A stretch of DNA of 64,000 bases, from positions 246 through 64,245 of the forward strand of contig QFNA01000006.1 in the NCBI GenBank assembly GCA_003248395.1, read 5' to 3'. This DNA comes from Citromicrobium sp. (GTDB taxonomy: Bacteria > Pseudomonadota > Alphaproteobacteria > Sphingomonadales > Sphingomonadaceae). The position numbers were made by a program, and so were the translations under genes. Within the stretch, counting starts at the first letter, position 1. Each line of letters begins with the position of its first letter. The notes beneath the pieces were generated by a model. The model ran no database searches, had not been told where the DNA came from, and worked only from the letters and a program-made list of their open reading frames with translations. Shown piece by piece: positions 40,640 through 53,161 of this stretch.

Positions 40640-41850
40640 TCCGCCGCCACCGTGTGGATGTGAAGCTCACCCTCGAGCGTCTTGTGAACCGGGCACTTGT
40701 CGGCAATCTCCATCAGCTTGTCCTGCTGCTCCGCGCTCAGCGTTCCGCCTGAAAACGTGATCGTGCGATGGAGGGCCTGCAAATTCTCGCCCTTCGCCAT
40801 ATCCTCGGCATGCTCATGCTTGTGATCGCGCTCGTGCCGGACGTGGACACGCACGCGCCCTAGCGGCCATTCCTTGCGATCGGCATACATCTTCATGGTC
40901 ATGGCCGTGCATGTACCTAGGGCTGCCCCCAGAAGATCGTAAGGCGTGGGCCCGCTATCGTCACCGCCATAATCCTTGGGCTCGTCCACGATGAAGTGGT
41001 GCGACCGCGTATGGACTTCCGTGCCGAACTTGCCGTGGCCGGTGCACGCCACGATACCTTCCTCGGGATTGGGCCAATTGTTTCGCAGCGGCAGATAGCG
41101 GCGGGCCCATGACGTGATCACACCGGCAAGGAAATCGGCATCCTCTTCTTTCGTGAGGAGGTGATCCGCACCCGCCAGGCTGACAAAGCTCTTGGGATGC
41201 TTGGCGGCCAGAAATAGCTTTTCCGCATTGTTGATATCGACCGTATTGTCGGTCGGCGAATGGGCGAACAGCAAGGGTATGCGGAGTTGACGGACTTCTT
41301 GCTGGAGGTCGATCTCTCGCGTGCGGTCCAGAAAGCGTTTGCTCAGATGAAACGGGCGCCCGGCGATTTTGACATTGCCTTCGCCTTCGCGCTCGATGGC
41401 ATCCAGATCGCCGTCGATGTTGCCCAGCACATGCGGGACGTCTGCGGGCGCGCCGGCGGTCGCGATCGCGGCTATTCGTTCGACCCCGATATCGTCGGCA
41501 GCCGCCAGCACGGCGGCACCCCCCAGACTGTGCCCGACCAGCAGGATTCCGTCGCCATAGCGATCGCACATGAACTGCGCTGCCTGGACGAGATCCTCGA
41601 CATCGCCAGCGAACCCGGCGCTGCCGAAGTCACCACCGCTACCGCCAAGCCCGGCAAAATCGAACCGCAGCGTCACGATCCCGTTGCGGGCAAGCTCGCG
41701 CGAAACCGCGATCGCGGCGCGGCTCTGCTTTGTACAAGTGAAGCAATGGGCGAACAGCGCCGCGCCGCGGATCAGGCCGGTGGGCGTTTCCAGCGATCCA
41801 GCCAGTTCATGTCCGTGGGGCGTGGGGATTTTCACGTTCTCGGTCGGCAT
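40636..41850 (-). CDS. Bifunctional alpha/beta hydrolase / OsmC family protein
   Basis: AHCFTC, GHSLGG, HPKSFVSL, OsmC PYDLL..GTC..KCPVH. Confidence 0.9.
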   Translation of the reverse strand: MPTENVKIPTPHGHELAGSLETPTGLIRGAALFAHCFTCTKQSRAAIAVSRELARNGIVTLRFDFAGLGGSGGDFGSAGFAGDVEDLVQAAQFMCDRYGDGILLVGHSLGGAAVLAAADDIGVERIAAIATAGAPADVPHVLGNIDGDLDAIEREGEGNVKIAGRPFHLSKRFLDRTREIDLQQEVRQLRIPLLFAHSPTDNTVDINNAEKLFLAAKHPKSFVSLAGADHLLTKEEDADFLAGVITSWARRYLPLRNNWPNPEEGIVACTGHGKFGTEVHTRSHHFIVDEPKDYGGDDSGPTPYDLLGAALGTCTAMTMKMYADRKEWPLGRVRVHVRHERDHKHEHAEDMAKGENLQALHRTITFSGGTLSAEQQDKLMEIADKCPVHKTLEGELHIHTVAAD

Positions 41851-41951
41851 TTGTCCTCCGGCTGCACAGCTTGGTCTCTTCGCCCCCAACGCCCCCTTGC
41901 CCTCTTCGTGCCCGCCCCCTAACGCCAACGTAAAGTTTCAAGGGACAACCG

Positions 41952-42818
41952 ATGTCAGATAACGCCACCGACCAGACCCGTTTCGAAGGGACCCAATCCT
42001 ATATTGCGACCGAGGATCTAAAGGTCGCGGTCAATGCGGCGGTGACGCTGCGCCGCCCCCTGCTGGTCAAGGGCGAACCGGGCACGGGCAAGACCGTGCT
42101 GGCCCACGAAATTTCGAAGGCGCTCGATGCCCCGCTGATCGAATGGAACGTGAAATCCACGACCAAGGCGCAGCAGGGCTTGTACGAATATGACGCCGTG
42201 GCGCGCCTTCGCGATGGGCAGCTGGGCGACGAGCGCGTCCACGACATCGCGAACTACATCAAGAAGGGCAAGCTGTGGGAAGCCTTCACCAGCGAGAGAC
42301 TGCCTGTCCTGCTGATCGACGAAATCGACAAGGCCGATATCGAGTTTCCCAACGACCTGCTGCAGGAACTCGACCGGATGAGTTTCGACGTTTACGAAAC
42401 GCACGAGCGGATCGAGGCGCAAGAGCGGCCGATAGTCGTGATCACGTCGAACAACGAGAAGGAATTGCCCGACGCTTTCCTGCGTCGATGCTTCTTCCAC
42501 TACATCAAGTTCCCCGACCGCGAGACGATGCGCGACATTATCGAGGTCCATTTCCCCGGTATCCAGAAAAACCTCGTCAGCAAGGCGATGGAAATCTTCT
42601 ACGAAATCCGCGACGTGCCCGGGCTGAAGAAAAAGCCCAGCACCAGCGAGCTGCTCGATTGGCTGAAGCTGCTGCTCAACGAGGACATGCCGCTGGAGGT
42701 CTTGCAGGACAGCAATCCCAACGCGGCGATCCCTCCGCTGCATGGTGCGCTGCTGAAAAACGAACAGGATGTGATGATGTTCGAACGGCTGGCCTTCATG
42801 GCGCGCCGCCAGAGCTGA
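41952..42818 (+). CDS. MoxR-family AAA+ ATPase
   Basis: GEPGTGKT, LLIDEIDK, TSNNEKELPDAFLRRC. Confidence 0.92.
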   Translation: MSDNATDQTRFEGTQSYIATEDLKVAVNAAVTLRRPLLVKGEPGTGKTVLAHEISKALDAPLIEWNVKSTTKAQQGLYEYDAVARLRDGQLGDERVHDIANYIKKGKLWEAFTSERLPVLLIDEIDKADIEFPNDLLQELDRMSFDVYETHERIEAQERPIVVITSNNEKELPDAFLRRCFFHYIKFPDRETMRDIIEVHFPGIQKNLVSKAMEIFYEIRDVPGLKKKPSTSELLDWLKLLLNEDMPLEVLQDSNPNAAIPPLHGALLKNEQDVMMFERLAFMARRQS

Positions 42819-42821
42819 TCG

Positions 42822-44222
42822 TCAGCGGAAACTGTAAGCCAGTTCAAAATCGCCCCATCGACGGCCCTTGATGACGAGCGGCACGTAGACATTGCGAACC
42901 ACGACGTAATTCTTTCCGTCGCCTTCCTGGCGATAGACGGCCATCATGTAACCGTCGCGGCTCTTCTTGGCGCGCCTGTCGATCGGCTCGAGCATGATGC
43001 GGCCGTTGCGGCAATAGGTCGTGTCGTGCACGATATCCCCAGTCGGTGAGCGCGACCGGTCCGACACGTGGGTCGGCAGGAAGCCGTTCATGTCCGCTTC
43101 CGAACACATGAGAGTCGCCCCGCCTTCTGCCACGACGCGGTCGTTGATGGGGCGCCAGTTGGCATCGGCCCAGTCGCTCAATGTCGTGCGATACAGCTTG
43201 GGGTTCGAGCCTTCGACATAGCGATAGTCGGTATCGAACAGCGCATCTTCCGAAATCTCTCCGGCGTCGATCGCAGCTTCGGTCATCCGGACGATCTCGG
43301 CACCGACCTGCTGGGCCTTGTCGACCATGACGCTGTCCTGCGGCGACAGCCCGGCCTTGACGAGCCGGTCGAACATCTCGCTGGCGGTCATTTCCAGCTC
43401 TTCCATCCGGTTGTGCGCGGATTCGAGATTGCGTTCATTTTCGGTCGCGGCACGATCGAAACTTTCGATCACGTCCTGGACGCGGTCGACATGCGCCGTC
43501 ATCATGGCCGTTGCGCGGGTGATCTGGTCGTTCTGCTGATCGACTTCGCCGACGAGCTGGGTCACCCCGCTCAAGGTCTGGTCGATGCTGGCGACCGATG
43601 CCTTGGCTTCGTTGGACGCCTTCGCGCCGGCCTCGATCCTTCCGATGACGGACCCGGCCTCGTCGCTGAGGTTCTCGACGACTGTTGCGATTTCGTCGGT
43701 GGCCTTGCGCGTCTCGCCGGCGAGCGATTTCACTTCGTTCGCCACGACGGCAAAGGTCTTGCCCGCATCGCCTGCACGCATCGCTTCTATGGTGGCGTTC
43801 AGGGCAAGGATGTTGGTGGTATCGGCAATCTGCTCGATATCCTTCGAGCAACGCTTCACCTGGTCCATCGCCGCGGCAAATCCGGTGACGTGCGTCGCCA
43901 GCGCCTCGACGAGGTCCAGCAGACCGGTGATTTGCTGGAGCGACGCCTGAATTTGGCCCGCGCCCTGCCCCAGGCGCTCGATCGCGCGGGCGGAAAGCAG
44001 GCGCGCCTCGTCGCTCGCCTCGGCGACCTTGCGCTGGTCGCGTTCCAGCTCATGCACCGTGTTCTGCAACTCGGCGTGCTCGTCGCGAAGGACCGCGCTG
44101 CTTTCGATCACCGCCTGCACGATGCCCGCGACGTCGGAACAGCCGACCGTCACCTTGCCGCAGCTTTCCGGAATATCGCCCAGCGCTGCCGCGCTGTTTG
44201 CGTCGACCCTCATCTGTTCCAT
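42822..44222 (-). CDS. Soluble methyl-accepting chemotaxis protein with C-terminal sensor domain
   Basis: [37 protein letters not shown] hairpin tip; no TM segments. Confidence 0.9.
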   Translation of the reverse strand: MEQMRVDANSAAALGDIPESCGKVTVGCSDVAGIVQAVIESSAVLRDEHAELQNTVHELERDQRKVAEASDEARLLSARAIERLGQGAGQIQASLQQITGLLDLVEALATHVTGFAAAMDQVKRCSKDIEQIADTTNILALNATIEAMRAGDAGKTFAVVANEVKSLAGETRKATDEIATVVENLSDEAGSVIGRIEAGAKASNEAKASVASIDQTLSGVTQLVGEVDQQNDQITRATAMMTAHVDRVQDVIESFDRAATENERNLESAHNRMEELEMTASEMFDRLVKAGLSPQDSVMVDKAQQVGAEIVRMTEAAIDAGEISEDALFDTDYRYVEGSNPKLYRTTLSDWADANWRPINDRVVAEGGATLMCSEADMNGFLPTHVSDRSRSPTGDIVHDTTYCRNGRIMLEPIDRRAKKSRDGYMMAVYRQEGDGKNYVVVRNVYVPLVIKGRRWGDFELAYSFR

Positions 44223-44272
44223 CGCAACCTGACCCTCATTCTCCCGGACGGATCGTGACGTAAGCAAAAGCG

Positions 44273-44288
44273 GTTATCATGCGGTTAA
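44273..44288 (-). promoter_or_regulatory. Putative CtrA box upstream of the chemoreceptor gene
   Basis: Minus strand TTAA-ccgcatg-ATAAC versus consensus TTAA-N7-TTAAC. Confidence 0.6.
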
Positions 44289-44340
44289 AGACAGCGGTTG
44301 CGGCTGGCTGCTCGCGGATTTGCGCGCTATGCCCGAAAGC

Positions 44341-45522
44341 ATGTTTTTCAACTTCGTCGACGAACTCCGCGCTGCGGGAATTCCTGCAAGTTTCAAGGAA
44401 CACCTCCTGCTTCTCGAGGCGCTCGACAGGGATGTCATCGAACAATCGCCCGAAGCCTTCTACTACCTGTCACGCGCGACATTGGTGAAGGACGAAGGCT
44501 TGCTCGACCGGTTCGACCAGGTTTTCGCCAAGGTCTTCAAAGGCGTCCTGTCCGACTATGGCCAGAACCCGGTCGATATTCCCGAAGACTGGTTGAAGGC
44601 GGTCGCCGAGAAGTTCCTGACCCCGGAAGAAATGCAAAAGATCGAAAGTCTCGGAGACTGGGACGAGATCATGGAGACGCTGAAGAAGCGGCTCGAAGAA
44701 CAGGAGGGCCGTCATCAGGGCGGCAACAAGTGGATCGGCACCGGCGGCACATCGCCGTTCGGCAATTCGGGCTACAATCCCGAAGGCGTTCGGATCGGCG
44801 GCGAGAGCCGGCACAAGCGCGCGATGAAAGTCTGGGACAAGCGCGAGTTCAAGAACCTCGACAATACCAAGGAGCTTGGCACGCGCAACATCAAGATGGC
44901 GCTGCGCCGCTTGCGCCGCTTCGCCCGCGAAGGCGCGGCGGACGAGCTCGATATCGATGCCACTATCGCAGGCACGGCAAGGCAGGGCTGGCTCGATATT
45001 CACATGCGGCCCGAACGGCACAATGCGGTCAAGCTCTTGCTCTTCCTCGACGTTGGGGGATCGATGGATCCCTTCATCAAGACCACAGAGGAACTGTTCA
45101 GCGCCGCCACGAGCGAGTTCAAGAACCTCGAATTCTTCTATTTCCACAACTGCCTCTACGAAGGCGTGTGGAAGGACAACCGCCGCCGCTGGCAGGAACG
45201 GACCAAGACCTGGGACGTGCTCCACAAATACGGGCATGACTACAAGGTGGTCTTCGTCGGCGATGCGGCGATGAGTCCCTACGAGATCACGCATCCGGGC
45301 GGCAGCGTCGAACATATGAACGAGGAAGCGGGCGCGACCTGGATGCAGCGCGTAACGAACACCTATCCGGCGACCGTCTGGCTCAATCCGGTGCCAGAGA
45401 AGCAGTGGGGCTATTCCCAATCGACCAAGGTCATGAAGCACCTCGTCAACGATCGCATGTATCCACTCACGTTGGATGGGTTGGACGACGCCATGCGCGA
45501 ATTGAGCCGCAAACAGGGATAG
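44341..45522 (+). CDS. VWA domain protein (CoxE-like), partner of the MoxR ATPase
   Basis: WIGTGGTSPFG, MIDAS-like DVGGSM, VGDAAMSPYE, WLNP. Confidence 0.9.
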   Translation: MFFNFVDELRAAGIPASFKEHLLLLEALDRDVIEQSPEAFYYLSRATLVKDEGLLDRFDQVFAKVFKGVLSDYGQNPVDIPEDWLKAVAEKFLTPEEMQKIESLGDWDEIMETLKKRLEEQEGRHQGGNKWIGTGGTSPFGNSGYNPEGVRIGGESRHKRAMKVWDKREFKNLDNTKELGTRNIKMALRRLRRFAREGAADELDIDATIAGTARQGWLDIHMRPERHNAVKLLLFLDVGGSMDPFIKTTEELFSAATSEFKNLEFFYFHNCLYEGVWKDNRRRWQERTKTWDVLHKYGHDYKVVFVGDAAMSPYEITHPGGSVEHMNEEAGATWMQRVTNTYPATVWLNPVPEKQWGYSQSTKVMKHLVNDRMYPLTLDGLDDAMRELSRKQG

Positions 45523-45526
45523 CAGC

Positions 45527-46359
<833 letters not shown>

Positions 46360-46369
<10 letters not shown>

Positions 46370-47562
46370 AGCAAGTGCGGCGCGATCGTCGCGCGCCAGT
46401 CTTCTTCATCCCCGCCCGCGATCGTGTCCAGTTCGCCAGCCTCTGCGGCGCTATCGTCGACCCATTCGCGCAGCGACGGCCCACCGTTGATGACATCGAT
46501 GGCAAGCCGGTCGAATTCATATTCGTAGGGGAAATCGCGCCAGATGTCGTAGTCCGGATACAGTTCGCGGATCGCCTTGAACGCGAGCGCCTGCAACCGC
46601 CAGGGCCGGAACTGCCCATGATCGTAGAAGGGGCCTTCCGCATGGATCATCAACCCGTTGCACAGTTCGCCGGCATGCTTGTGGAAGGTCGGTTCGAACC
46701 AGCATTCGCGCAACCGGCAACCGCGTAGCCAATCGGATGAGAGGCGCTCCATCTCCATCCGGATCGCAGCGGCATCGATATCGGGCGCGCCGAACAGGAC
46801 TTCGAGCGGACGCGTCGTCCCCCTCCCCTCGCTCAGCGTCGTGCCTTCGAGCATCACCGTCCCGGCATAGGCGCGCGCCATGTTCAGGTTCGCGGCATTG
46901 GGGCTCGGATTGATCCAGACCCGGTCTTCGGGCCAGCCTGAACCCGGCGCTCTGGACGGTGCCCATCCCTCCATTTCGATGACGCGATAGTCGACGTCGA
47001 GGTCGAAATGCTCGATGAACCATTGGCCCATCTCGCCCATCGTCAGCCCATGCCGCATGGGCATCGGCGCCGCGCCGACGAAGCTTTCGTGGCCGGGCAG
47101 CAGCAAGGTCCCCTCCACGGGCCGCCCCGCGGGGTTGGGACGGTCGAGCACCCAGACCGATTTGCCCGATTTTGCCGCTTCCTCGAGAAGGTAGAGCAGC
47201 GTCGTGACGAAGGTATAGATACGGCAGCCCAGATCCTGCAGGTCGTACAGGAAGACGTCTGCGGTCGACATCATCTGCCCGGTCGGTCGCCGGACTTCGC
47301 CATACAGGCTGAATATCGGGATGCCGTAACGCGGATCGGTCTCGTCCGCTGTTTCGACCATATTGTCCTGCTTGTCGCCTTTCAGCCCATGCTGCGGCCC
47401 GAATGCGGAGGTCACGTTCACCCCCGCCTCGACCAGCGCATCCAGCGAATGGACAAGGTCGTGCGTGACCGAGGCAGGATGCGCGACGAGCGATACGCGT
47501 CGTCCCTCGAGCGGTGCGCGCAGCGCGGCGTCAGCCAGCAGGCGATCTATTCCGAATTTCAT
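46360..47562 (-). CDS. DUF1343 / NamZ-like exo-beta-N-acetylmuramidase family protein
   Basis: FGPQHG, DLQDLGCRIYT, DRPNP, RHGLTMGE, SEGRGTTRP. Confidence 0.88.
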
Positions 47563-48104
47563 GGCTTGTTCGGTGGCCCAAGCCTTGCCCTGAAGCAAGC
47601 CGCATCATGGAAATCGGCAGGGCCTTCTCCATGGGCCAGTGCCCAGTAGCTTTTCACGCCGCCCTCTTCTTCCAGCACGCAGGTCAGGCCCACCTCCGCC
47701 GGCAAATCCGGCAATGCGGCCAGTGGTATGGCTGCATCGAAGATCGCCATCTGTCCTCCCCTCCGCAGGCTGGCGACAGGCGCGCGCGTCACAGGGCGCT
47801 CGGTCATTCCGGCGCGATGGCCGGAAAAATCGTACGCATTCCACTGCTCCGACGGGGAGAGATTGAATTCGCAATATGCGCCATCGCCGCCCAGCGGGCG
47901 GAGGAAGATCTCGAAACAGCTTGTCTGCCAGAGCCCGTCGGCCCTCCCGCGTCCCGCGAAGTCCGGTATGACCAGCTTATCGCTACCCGCCAGTTTCCAC
48001 CGCAATTGCAACCACCCGTGATCGAAACCGACCAGCGACACCGAAACGGCCTGCAGGGCAGACGGTGGATGCGAGTGATGCGCGATGAGTTCATGCGTTT
48101 GCAC
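47559..48104 (-). CDS. DOMON-like domain protein
   Basis: DGLWQTSCFEIF, YCEFNLSPS..W, SYWALAH..DFH. Confidence 0.8.
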   Translation of the reverse strand: MQTHELIAHHSHPPSALQAVSVSLVGFDHGWLQLRWKLAGSDKLVIPDFAGRGRADGLWQTSCFEIFLRPLGGDGAYCEFNLSPSEQWNAYDFSGHRAGMTERPVTRAPVASLRRGGQMAIFDAAIPLAALPDLPAEVGLTCVLEEEGGVKSYWALAHGEGPADFHDAACFRARLGPPNKP

Positions 48105-48135
48105 GGTGGCACGTTCCTGCTAGCGCGCGGTGGAT

Positions 48136-49365
48136 ATGAGCAGCTTCACATCAGAACTTCTGCGCGTTCTCGACGAACGCGGTTACATCCACCAGGTCAC
48201 CGATGTCGAGGGGCTCGACACGCTGGCCGCCAGCCAGACCGTCCCCGGCTATATCGGCTTCGATGCGACGGCCCCGAGCCTGCATGTCGGCAGCCTCGTC
48301 CAGATCATGATGCTGCGCCGGCTCCAGCAGACCGGGCACAAGCCCATCGTGCTCATGGGCGGCGGGACGACGCGCATCGGCGATCCGACCGGGCGCGACG
48401 AGAGCCGCAAGATGCTGTCCGACGAAGAGATCGAAGCGAATATCGCCGGGATCCGGACCGTGTTCGAACGACTGCTTCGCTTCGGGGACGGGCCCACCGA
48501 CGCGGTGATGGTCGACAACCAGGACTGGCTCGGCGACCTCGGCTATATCGAATTGCTGCAAAACGTCGGCCCCCACTTCACCGTTAACCGCATGCTGACC
48601 TTCGATTCGGTCCGGCTGCGGCTCGAGAGGGAGCAGCCGATGACCTTCCTCGAATTCAACTACATGATTCTCCAGGGTTACGATTTCCGCCATCTCGCGC
48701 GCGAATACGATGTCCGGCTGCAGATGGGGGGGAGCGACCAGTGGGGCAATATCGTCAACGGCATGGAGCTCGGACGGCGGATGGACGGTGCCGATCTCTA
48801 CGGCCTGACGACGCCGCTGCTCACCACCGCCGACGGCGGGAAGATGGGCAAGACCGCTTCAGGCGCGGTCTGGCTTAACGAGAGCCAGCTTTCGAATTAC
48901 GATTTCTGGCAATACTGGCGCAATGTCGACGATCGCGATGTCGGACGTTTCCTGCGTCTCTTCACCGACCTGCCGCTCGACGAAATCGCCCGGCTGGAAT
49001 CGCTCGAAGGCGCCGCCATCAACGATGCCAAGGCCGTCCTGGCGAACGAGGTGACCGGGCTCGTCCGCGGCGAAGAGGTTGCGCAATCGGCCGCGCAGAC
49101 CGCTGCGGAGACCTTTGCCGAAGGCGGCAGCGGTGCCGATCTGCCGTCACTGAATGTCGGGGCGGACGGCATGCGGATCGCCGCCGTCCTGACCGAGATC
49201 GGCTTCACCGCATCGAATGGCGAAGCGAAACGAAAACTGGCCGAGGGCGCCGTCAGGCTCGACGGCGACGTCATCTCCGATCCGGGCCATCTGGTCGAAA
49301 TCGCAACCGGCGCCGAGGCGAAACTGTCGCTCGGAAAGAAGAAGCACGGCGTCTTGCGCCGCTGA
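48136..49365 (+). CDS. tyrS: Tyrosine--tRNA ligase
   Basis: [27 protein letters not shown]4-like C-terminus. Confidence 0.97.
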   Translation: MSSFTSELLRVLDERGYIHQVTDVEGLDTLAASQTVPGYIGFDATAPSLHVGSLVQIMMLRRLQQTGHKPIVLMGGGTTRIGDPTGRDESRKMLSDEEIEANIAGIRTVFERLLRFGDGPTDAVMVDNQDWLGDLGYIELLQNVGPHFTVNRMLTFDSVRLRLEREQPMTFLEFNYMILQGYDFRHLAREYDVRLQMGGSDQWGNIVNGMELGRRMDGADLYGLTTPLLTTADGGKMGKTASGAVWLNESQLSNYDFWQYWRNVDDRDVGRFLRLFTDLPLDEIARLESLEGAAINDAKAVLANEVTGLVRGEEVAQSAAQTAAETFAEGGSGADLPSLNVGADGMRIAAVLTEIGFTASNGEAKRKLAEGAVRLDGDVISDPGHLVEIATGAEAKLSLGKKKHGVLRR

Positions 49366-49470
49366 TTTCATGGCCCGCATTGCCAGCACCAACATCGGCT
49401 TTACCAAATCTTCGCTATTCTCTGAGAATATCCTGCAGTTCGTAAAGTGTTCTATAAAGGGATCGTAGCC

Positions 49471-49809
49471 ATGAGCGCGGGAGCACATCTGAGCGTAACC
49501 GATCAGCGGAGGCTGTCGCGGCATCCGGTCGATCATCCGGTTATTGCCGAACATCACGACAAGGGCGACATGCGCATGCATATCGCGAACCTGTCCGCGA
49601 ACGGATTCATGATCGACGACGCACGTGACCTGACGCGCGGCGAACGGGTCATCATCCGCTTGCCGGTGATCGGTCGCATCGAAGCCTATTGCATCTGGGA
49701 GCGTGACAATCGCGCCGGTTTCCAGTTCGAACGGATCATCCGCGTCGACGACTTCCTCGCGATGATCGATACGCTCCAGCCCAATCCGCGGCTGCGCAAG
49801 CTGCGCTGA
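49471..49809 (+). CDS. PilZ domain protein
   Basis: QRRLSRH (RxxxR) and NLSANG (D/NxSxxG) c-di-GMP motifs. Confidence 0.85.
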   Translation: MSAGAHLSVTDQRRLSRHPVDHPVIAEHHDKGDMRMHIANLSANGFMIDDARDLTRGERVIIRLPVIGRIEAYCIWERDNRAGFQFERIIRVDDFLAMIDTLQPNPRLRKLR

Positions 49810-49882
49810 ACGCAACATTCGTTTTTCGCCGGCCAAGCAGCCTTCTCTTCACAAGCGCGGGGACGGCTGCCATGCGGCATGA

Positions 49883-51193
49883 GTGGAACCCGCCAGCGCC
49901 CCTTCTCCCGAGACATCCCCCCTCCGCATAGCGAACTTCCGCGCCTACCTCGTCGCGCGGTTCGCGATGGTGATCGGGCAATATGCCATGATCCTGATCA
50001 TCGGCTGGCAGACCTACACCATCTCGCGCGAGAGCGGGATGGATGCCTTCGCCGCCTCGGGCCAGCTCGCACTGATCGGCCTGCTGCAATTCCTGCCCCT
50101 CTTCGTGCTCTCCCCCTTCTCCGGTCTCGCGGCGGACCGCTTCAATCGCAAGACGGTCGCGCGCCTGACCATCCTGCTCCAGCTGGTCGGGGCCGCAATC
50201 CTGGCCTGGCTGACCTGGACCGGAGGGCTGCGGATCGGATCGCTGTTCGCCGTCGCCGTACTGCTCGGCGTGGTGCGCGCCTTCAACGGCCCGGCGCTGT
50301 CCGCGCTGGCGCCCAACCTCGTGCCGAAGGCAATCTTGCCCAACGCCATCGCGCTTTCCTCGATCGCCTGGCAGACGGGCATGATCCTCGGTCCGGCGGT
50401 GGGCGGCTATGCCTACGATGCCGCGCCCGCCTTGCCCTATGCGATCGCCAGCGTCCTGTTCCTCGTCGCGATCATCGCCATCAGCACGATCGGCGCGGTG
50501 CCGCGCTCGCCCATCACCGGGGCGCAGCGCCCCATCGGCCAGGTGATCGATGGCTGGCGCTACGTCCTCCGCAACAGGATGGTGCTGGGCGCGATCACGC
50601 TCGACCTGATGGCGGTGTTCCTCGCCGGAGCGACCGCGCTGTTCCCGCCGTTCGCCTACGATATCCTCAAGGTCGGCGAGACCGGCCTCGCCCAGCTTGC
50701 CGCCGCCCCGGCGGTGGGCGCGGCGATCACCGCCATGTGGTTCAGCTTCCGCCCGCTGAAGACCGATGTCGGCCCCAAGATGCTCTGGGCGGTCGCGGTG
50801 TTCGGGCTGGCGACGATCGTCTTCGGCCTGTCACGCTCCATGCCGCTCTCGCTCGCCATGCTGGTGATCGTGGGCGCGGCGGACATGTTCAGCGTCTACA
50901 TCCGCCAGTCGCTGATCCAGCTGCATACGCCCGACGACAAGCGCGGGCGCGTCTCCTCCGCCAGCCTGCTGACGATCAGCGCCTCGAACGAAGGCGGCGA
51001 TGCCTTTTCCGGCTTCCTCGCCAGCATGTTCGGCCCCGCCATCGCGGTGATCGCAGGCGGCGCGGGCGCAATCGCGACGGTCGCCTTGTGGAGCCGGATT
51101 TTCCCCGTTTTGCGCACGACCCGGACCTTCGACCCGCCTGAAGAATTGCAAGACCATACACGGCAAGAAAAACCGCAGGAGCAGATCCCATGA
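49883..51193 (+). CDS. MFS transporter (EntS/DHA3-like)
   Basis: [10 protein letters not shown], about 12 [11 protein letters not shown]. Confidence 0.88.
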   Translation: MEPASAPSPETSPLRIANFRAYLVARFAMVIGQYAMILIIGWQTYTISRESGMDAFAASGQLALIGLLQFLPLFVLSPFSGLAADRFNRKTVARLTILLQLVGAAILAWLTWTGGLRIGSLFAVAVLLGVVRAFNGPALSALAPNLVPKAILPNAIALSSIAWQTGMILGPAVGGYAYDAAPALPYAIASVLFLVAIIAISTIGAVPRSPITGAQRPIGQVIDGWRYVLRNRMVLGAITLDLMAVFLAGATALFPPFAYDILKVGETGLAQLAAAPAVGAAITAMWFSFRPLKTDVGPKMLWAVAVFGLATIVFGLSRSMPLSLAMLVIVGAADMFSVYIRQSLIQLHTPDDKRGRVSSASLLTISASNEGGDAFSGFLASMFGPAIAVIAGGAGAIATVALWSRIFPVLRTTRTFDPPEELQDHTRQEKPQEQIP

Positions 51194-52107
51194 AAGCCCA
51201 GTCCGTCCTCGAAACCATCGGCGGTACGCCGCATATCCGCCTATCGCGCCTGTTCCCCGACCACGAGGTCTGGGTGAAGAGCGAGCGCGCAAATCCGGGC
51301 GGTTCGATCAAGGATCGCATCGGCCATGCCATGGTCGAGGATGCGGAAAAGGCCGGCAAGCTCAAGCCCGGCGGCACGATCATCGAACCGACCAGCGGCA
51401 ACACCGGCATCGGCCTCGCCATGGCCGCCGCGGTCAAGGGCTACAAGCTGGTGCTCGTTATGCCCGAAAGCATGAGCATGGAGCGCCGCCGCCTGATGCT
51501 CGCCTATGGTGCCACATTCGATCTCACGCCCAAGGAAGGCGGGATGAAAGGCGCGATCGAGCGTGCGCAGGAACTGGTCGAACAGACCGAAGGCGCCTGG
51601 ATGCCCAGCCAGTTCGACAACCCGTCCAACTTCGAAGTCCACCAGCGCACCACCGCGCGCGAAATCCTGGACGATTTTGCCGACGAACCGATCGACGTGC
51701 TCATCACCGGCGTCGGCACCGGCGGCCACCTCACCGGCTGCGCCGAGGTGCTGAAGGAAACATGGAGCGGGATGAAGGCCTACGCCGTCGAGCCCACCGC
51801 TTCGCCCGTCATCAGCGGCGGCCAGCCCGGCCCGCACCCGATCCAGGGCATCGGCGCCGGCTTCGTCCCCGAAAACCTCCACACCGCCGCCATCGACGGC
51901 GCCATCCAGGTCGAGCCCGAAGACGCCAAGCAATGGGCCCGCCGCTGCGCGGCCAAGGAAGGCCTGCTGGTCGGCATCTCCAGCGGCGCAACGCTGGCCG
52001 CGATCGCGAAGAAGTTACCCGAACTCGACGCAAACAGCCGCGTCCTCGGCTTCAACTACGACACCGGCGAGCGGTACCTGTCAGTGCCAGACTTTTTGCC
52101 GGAGTGA
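51190..52107 (+). CDS. cysK: Cysteine synthase A
   Basis: NPGGSIKDR (PLP lysine), [27 protein letters not shown]. Confidence 0.96.
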   Translation: MKAQSVLETIGGTPHIRLSRLFPDHEVWVKSERANPGGSIKDRIGHAMVEDAEKAGKLKPGGTIIEPTSGNTGIGLAMAAAVKGYKLVLVMPESMSMERRRLMLAYGATFDLTPKEGGMKGAIERAQELVEQTEGAWMPSQFDNPSNFEVHQRTTAREILDDFADEPIDVLITGVGTGGHLTGCAEVLKETWSGMKAYAVEPTASPVISGGQPGPHPIQGIGAGFVPENLHTAAIDGAIQVEPEDAKQWARRCAAKEGLLVGISSGATLAAIAKKLPELDANSRVLGFNYDTGERYLSVPDFLPE

Positions 52108-52168
52108 GGCGGTGCTGACTGTTCGCTGACGACCCTACAAACGACCTTTCGTCTTCGTGACTTTGATC

Positions 52169-52231
52169 GGCGGCTTCTGGGCCGGGAGGAGACGGTCAGC
52201 TTTCGGTGGCAAGTCGGCAAAAGCCGTCGTC
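52169..52231 (+). repeat. Degenerate repeat copy A flanking the two-gene cassette
   Basis: GGCGGCTTCTGGGCCG-N6-GACGGTCAGCTTTCGGTGGCA; 15/16 and 15/21 identical to the two blocks of copy B at 54104. Confidence 0.6.
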
Positions 52232-52307
52232 CAAGAGCAGTTTCTTGATGTCGCACGTCACATATATGCCCGGTGACACTCCGATCACACGATGTCAGAG
52301 TTGAATA

Positions 52308-53141
52308 ATGATAAACTTGGACCCGGTCATTGAGCGTATCGACGCGCTGCTGGATGAGGACACTGACCAGAGCGTGACCTATGCTGCCTTGGAGGCTCGG
52401 TTGGCGCTCGAACGGGTATGCTACGACCGACTCCGCCAGCGGCATGACTACATTTCCCACGAGCAGCTTCGGCGCTGGCAGCCCGGTGCCGTGGTCAACA
52501 TGCTCATCAAAGAGGTGGACGAGCATCTCGGCAAGACCCTCACCCTCAGTATCAGCAAGTCCTCAGTCTGCCCCGGTGTGAAGCTGGAAGATGAGGAGTA
52601 TGTGGAGGTCGGGACGGAAATCGGTTTCAGCCCGAAGAAGATTGCAAAGCTGTGGAACGCGCTGGCGAAGCTGGCGCTTCACGCCCACCTGCCCGAACAC
52701 CGCAACGATGCAATACCAGCATACGGTGATCGGCCGCGCATTCGTGCGAAGGTGGAGGAGGTGCAGTCGGAACTTCGGAGGCTCGCCAAGGGAACTATGA
52801 CATTTTCCGGCCTCGGAGAGGAAGTGAAGTTCGAATGCTCGTGCGGCGAATTGAACAAACGGCGCGCAGGTCTCTTGCGTGACGGGCAGCACGTCCACTG
52901 TCTGAACCCAGAGTGCAAGCAGACGTGGAAGGTTACGCGAGAGAACGACGGCTTCGGCTTCGAGCAGGTGACGGTCCCCGTGAACTGCGAAGAGTGCAGC
53001 GCCGCTAACCACATGCCCTGGCGCTTCTTTCTTGATATGAAGCACGACGAGGTTGGTTCATTCTCATGCCATTCCTGCCGCCATAAAAATTACGTGCAGT
53101 GGCGGTTGATGCAAATCCACCGAGAGATCAGCGTCGGCTGA
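52308..53141 (+). CDS. Hypothetical protein: HEPN-like helical N-domain plus two C-terminal zinc ribbons
   Basis: YAALEARLALER and LWNALAKLALH helices; Cys pairs CSC, CLNPEC, CEEC, CHSC. ORF is solid, fold call is inference. Confidence 0.7.
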   Translation: MINLDPVIERIDALLDEDTDQSVTYAALEARLALERVCYDRLRQRHDYISHEQLRRWQPGAVVNMLIKEVDEHLGKTLTLSISKSSVCPGVKLEDEEYVEVGTEIGFSPKKIAKLWNALAKLALHAHLPEHRNDAIPAYGDRPRIRAKVEEVQSELRRLAKGTMTFSGLGEEVKFECSCGELNKRRAGLLRDGQHVHCLNPECKQTWKVTRENDGFGFEQVTVPVNCEECSAANHMPWRFFLDMKHDEVGSFSCHSCRHKNYVQWRLMQIHREISVG

Positions 53142-53161
53142 CAAACTGATGAATGATGGCG

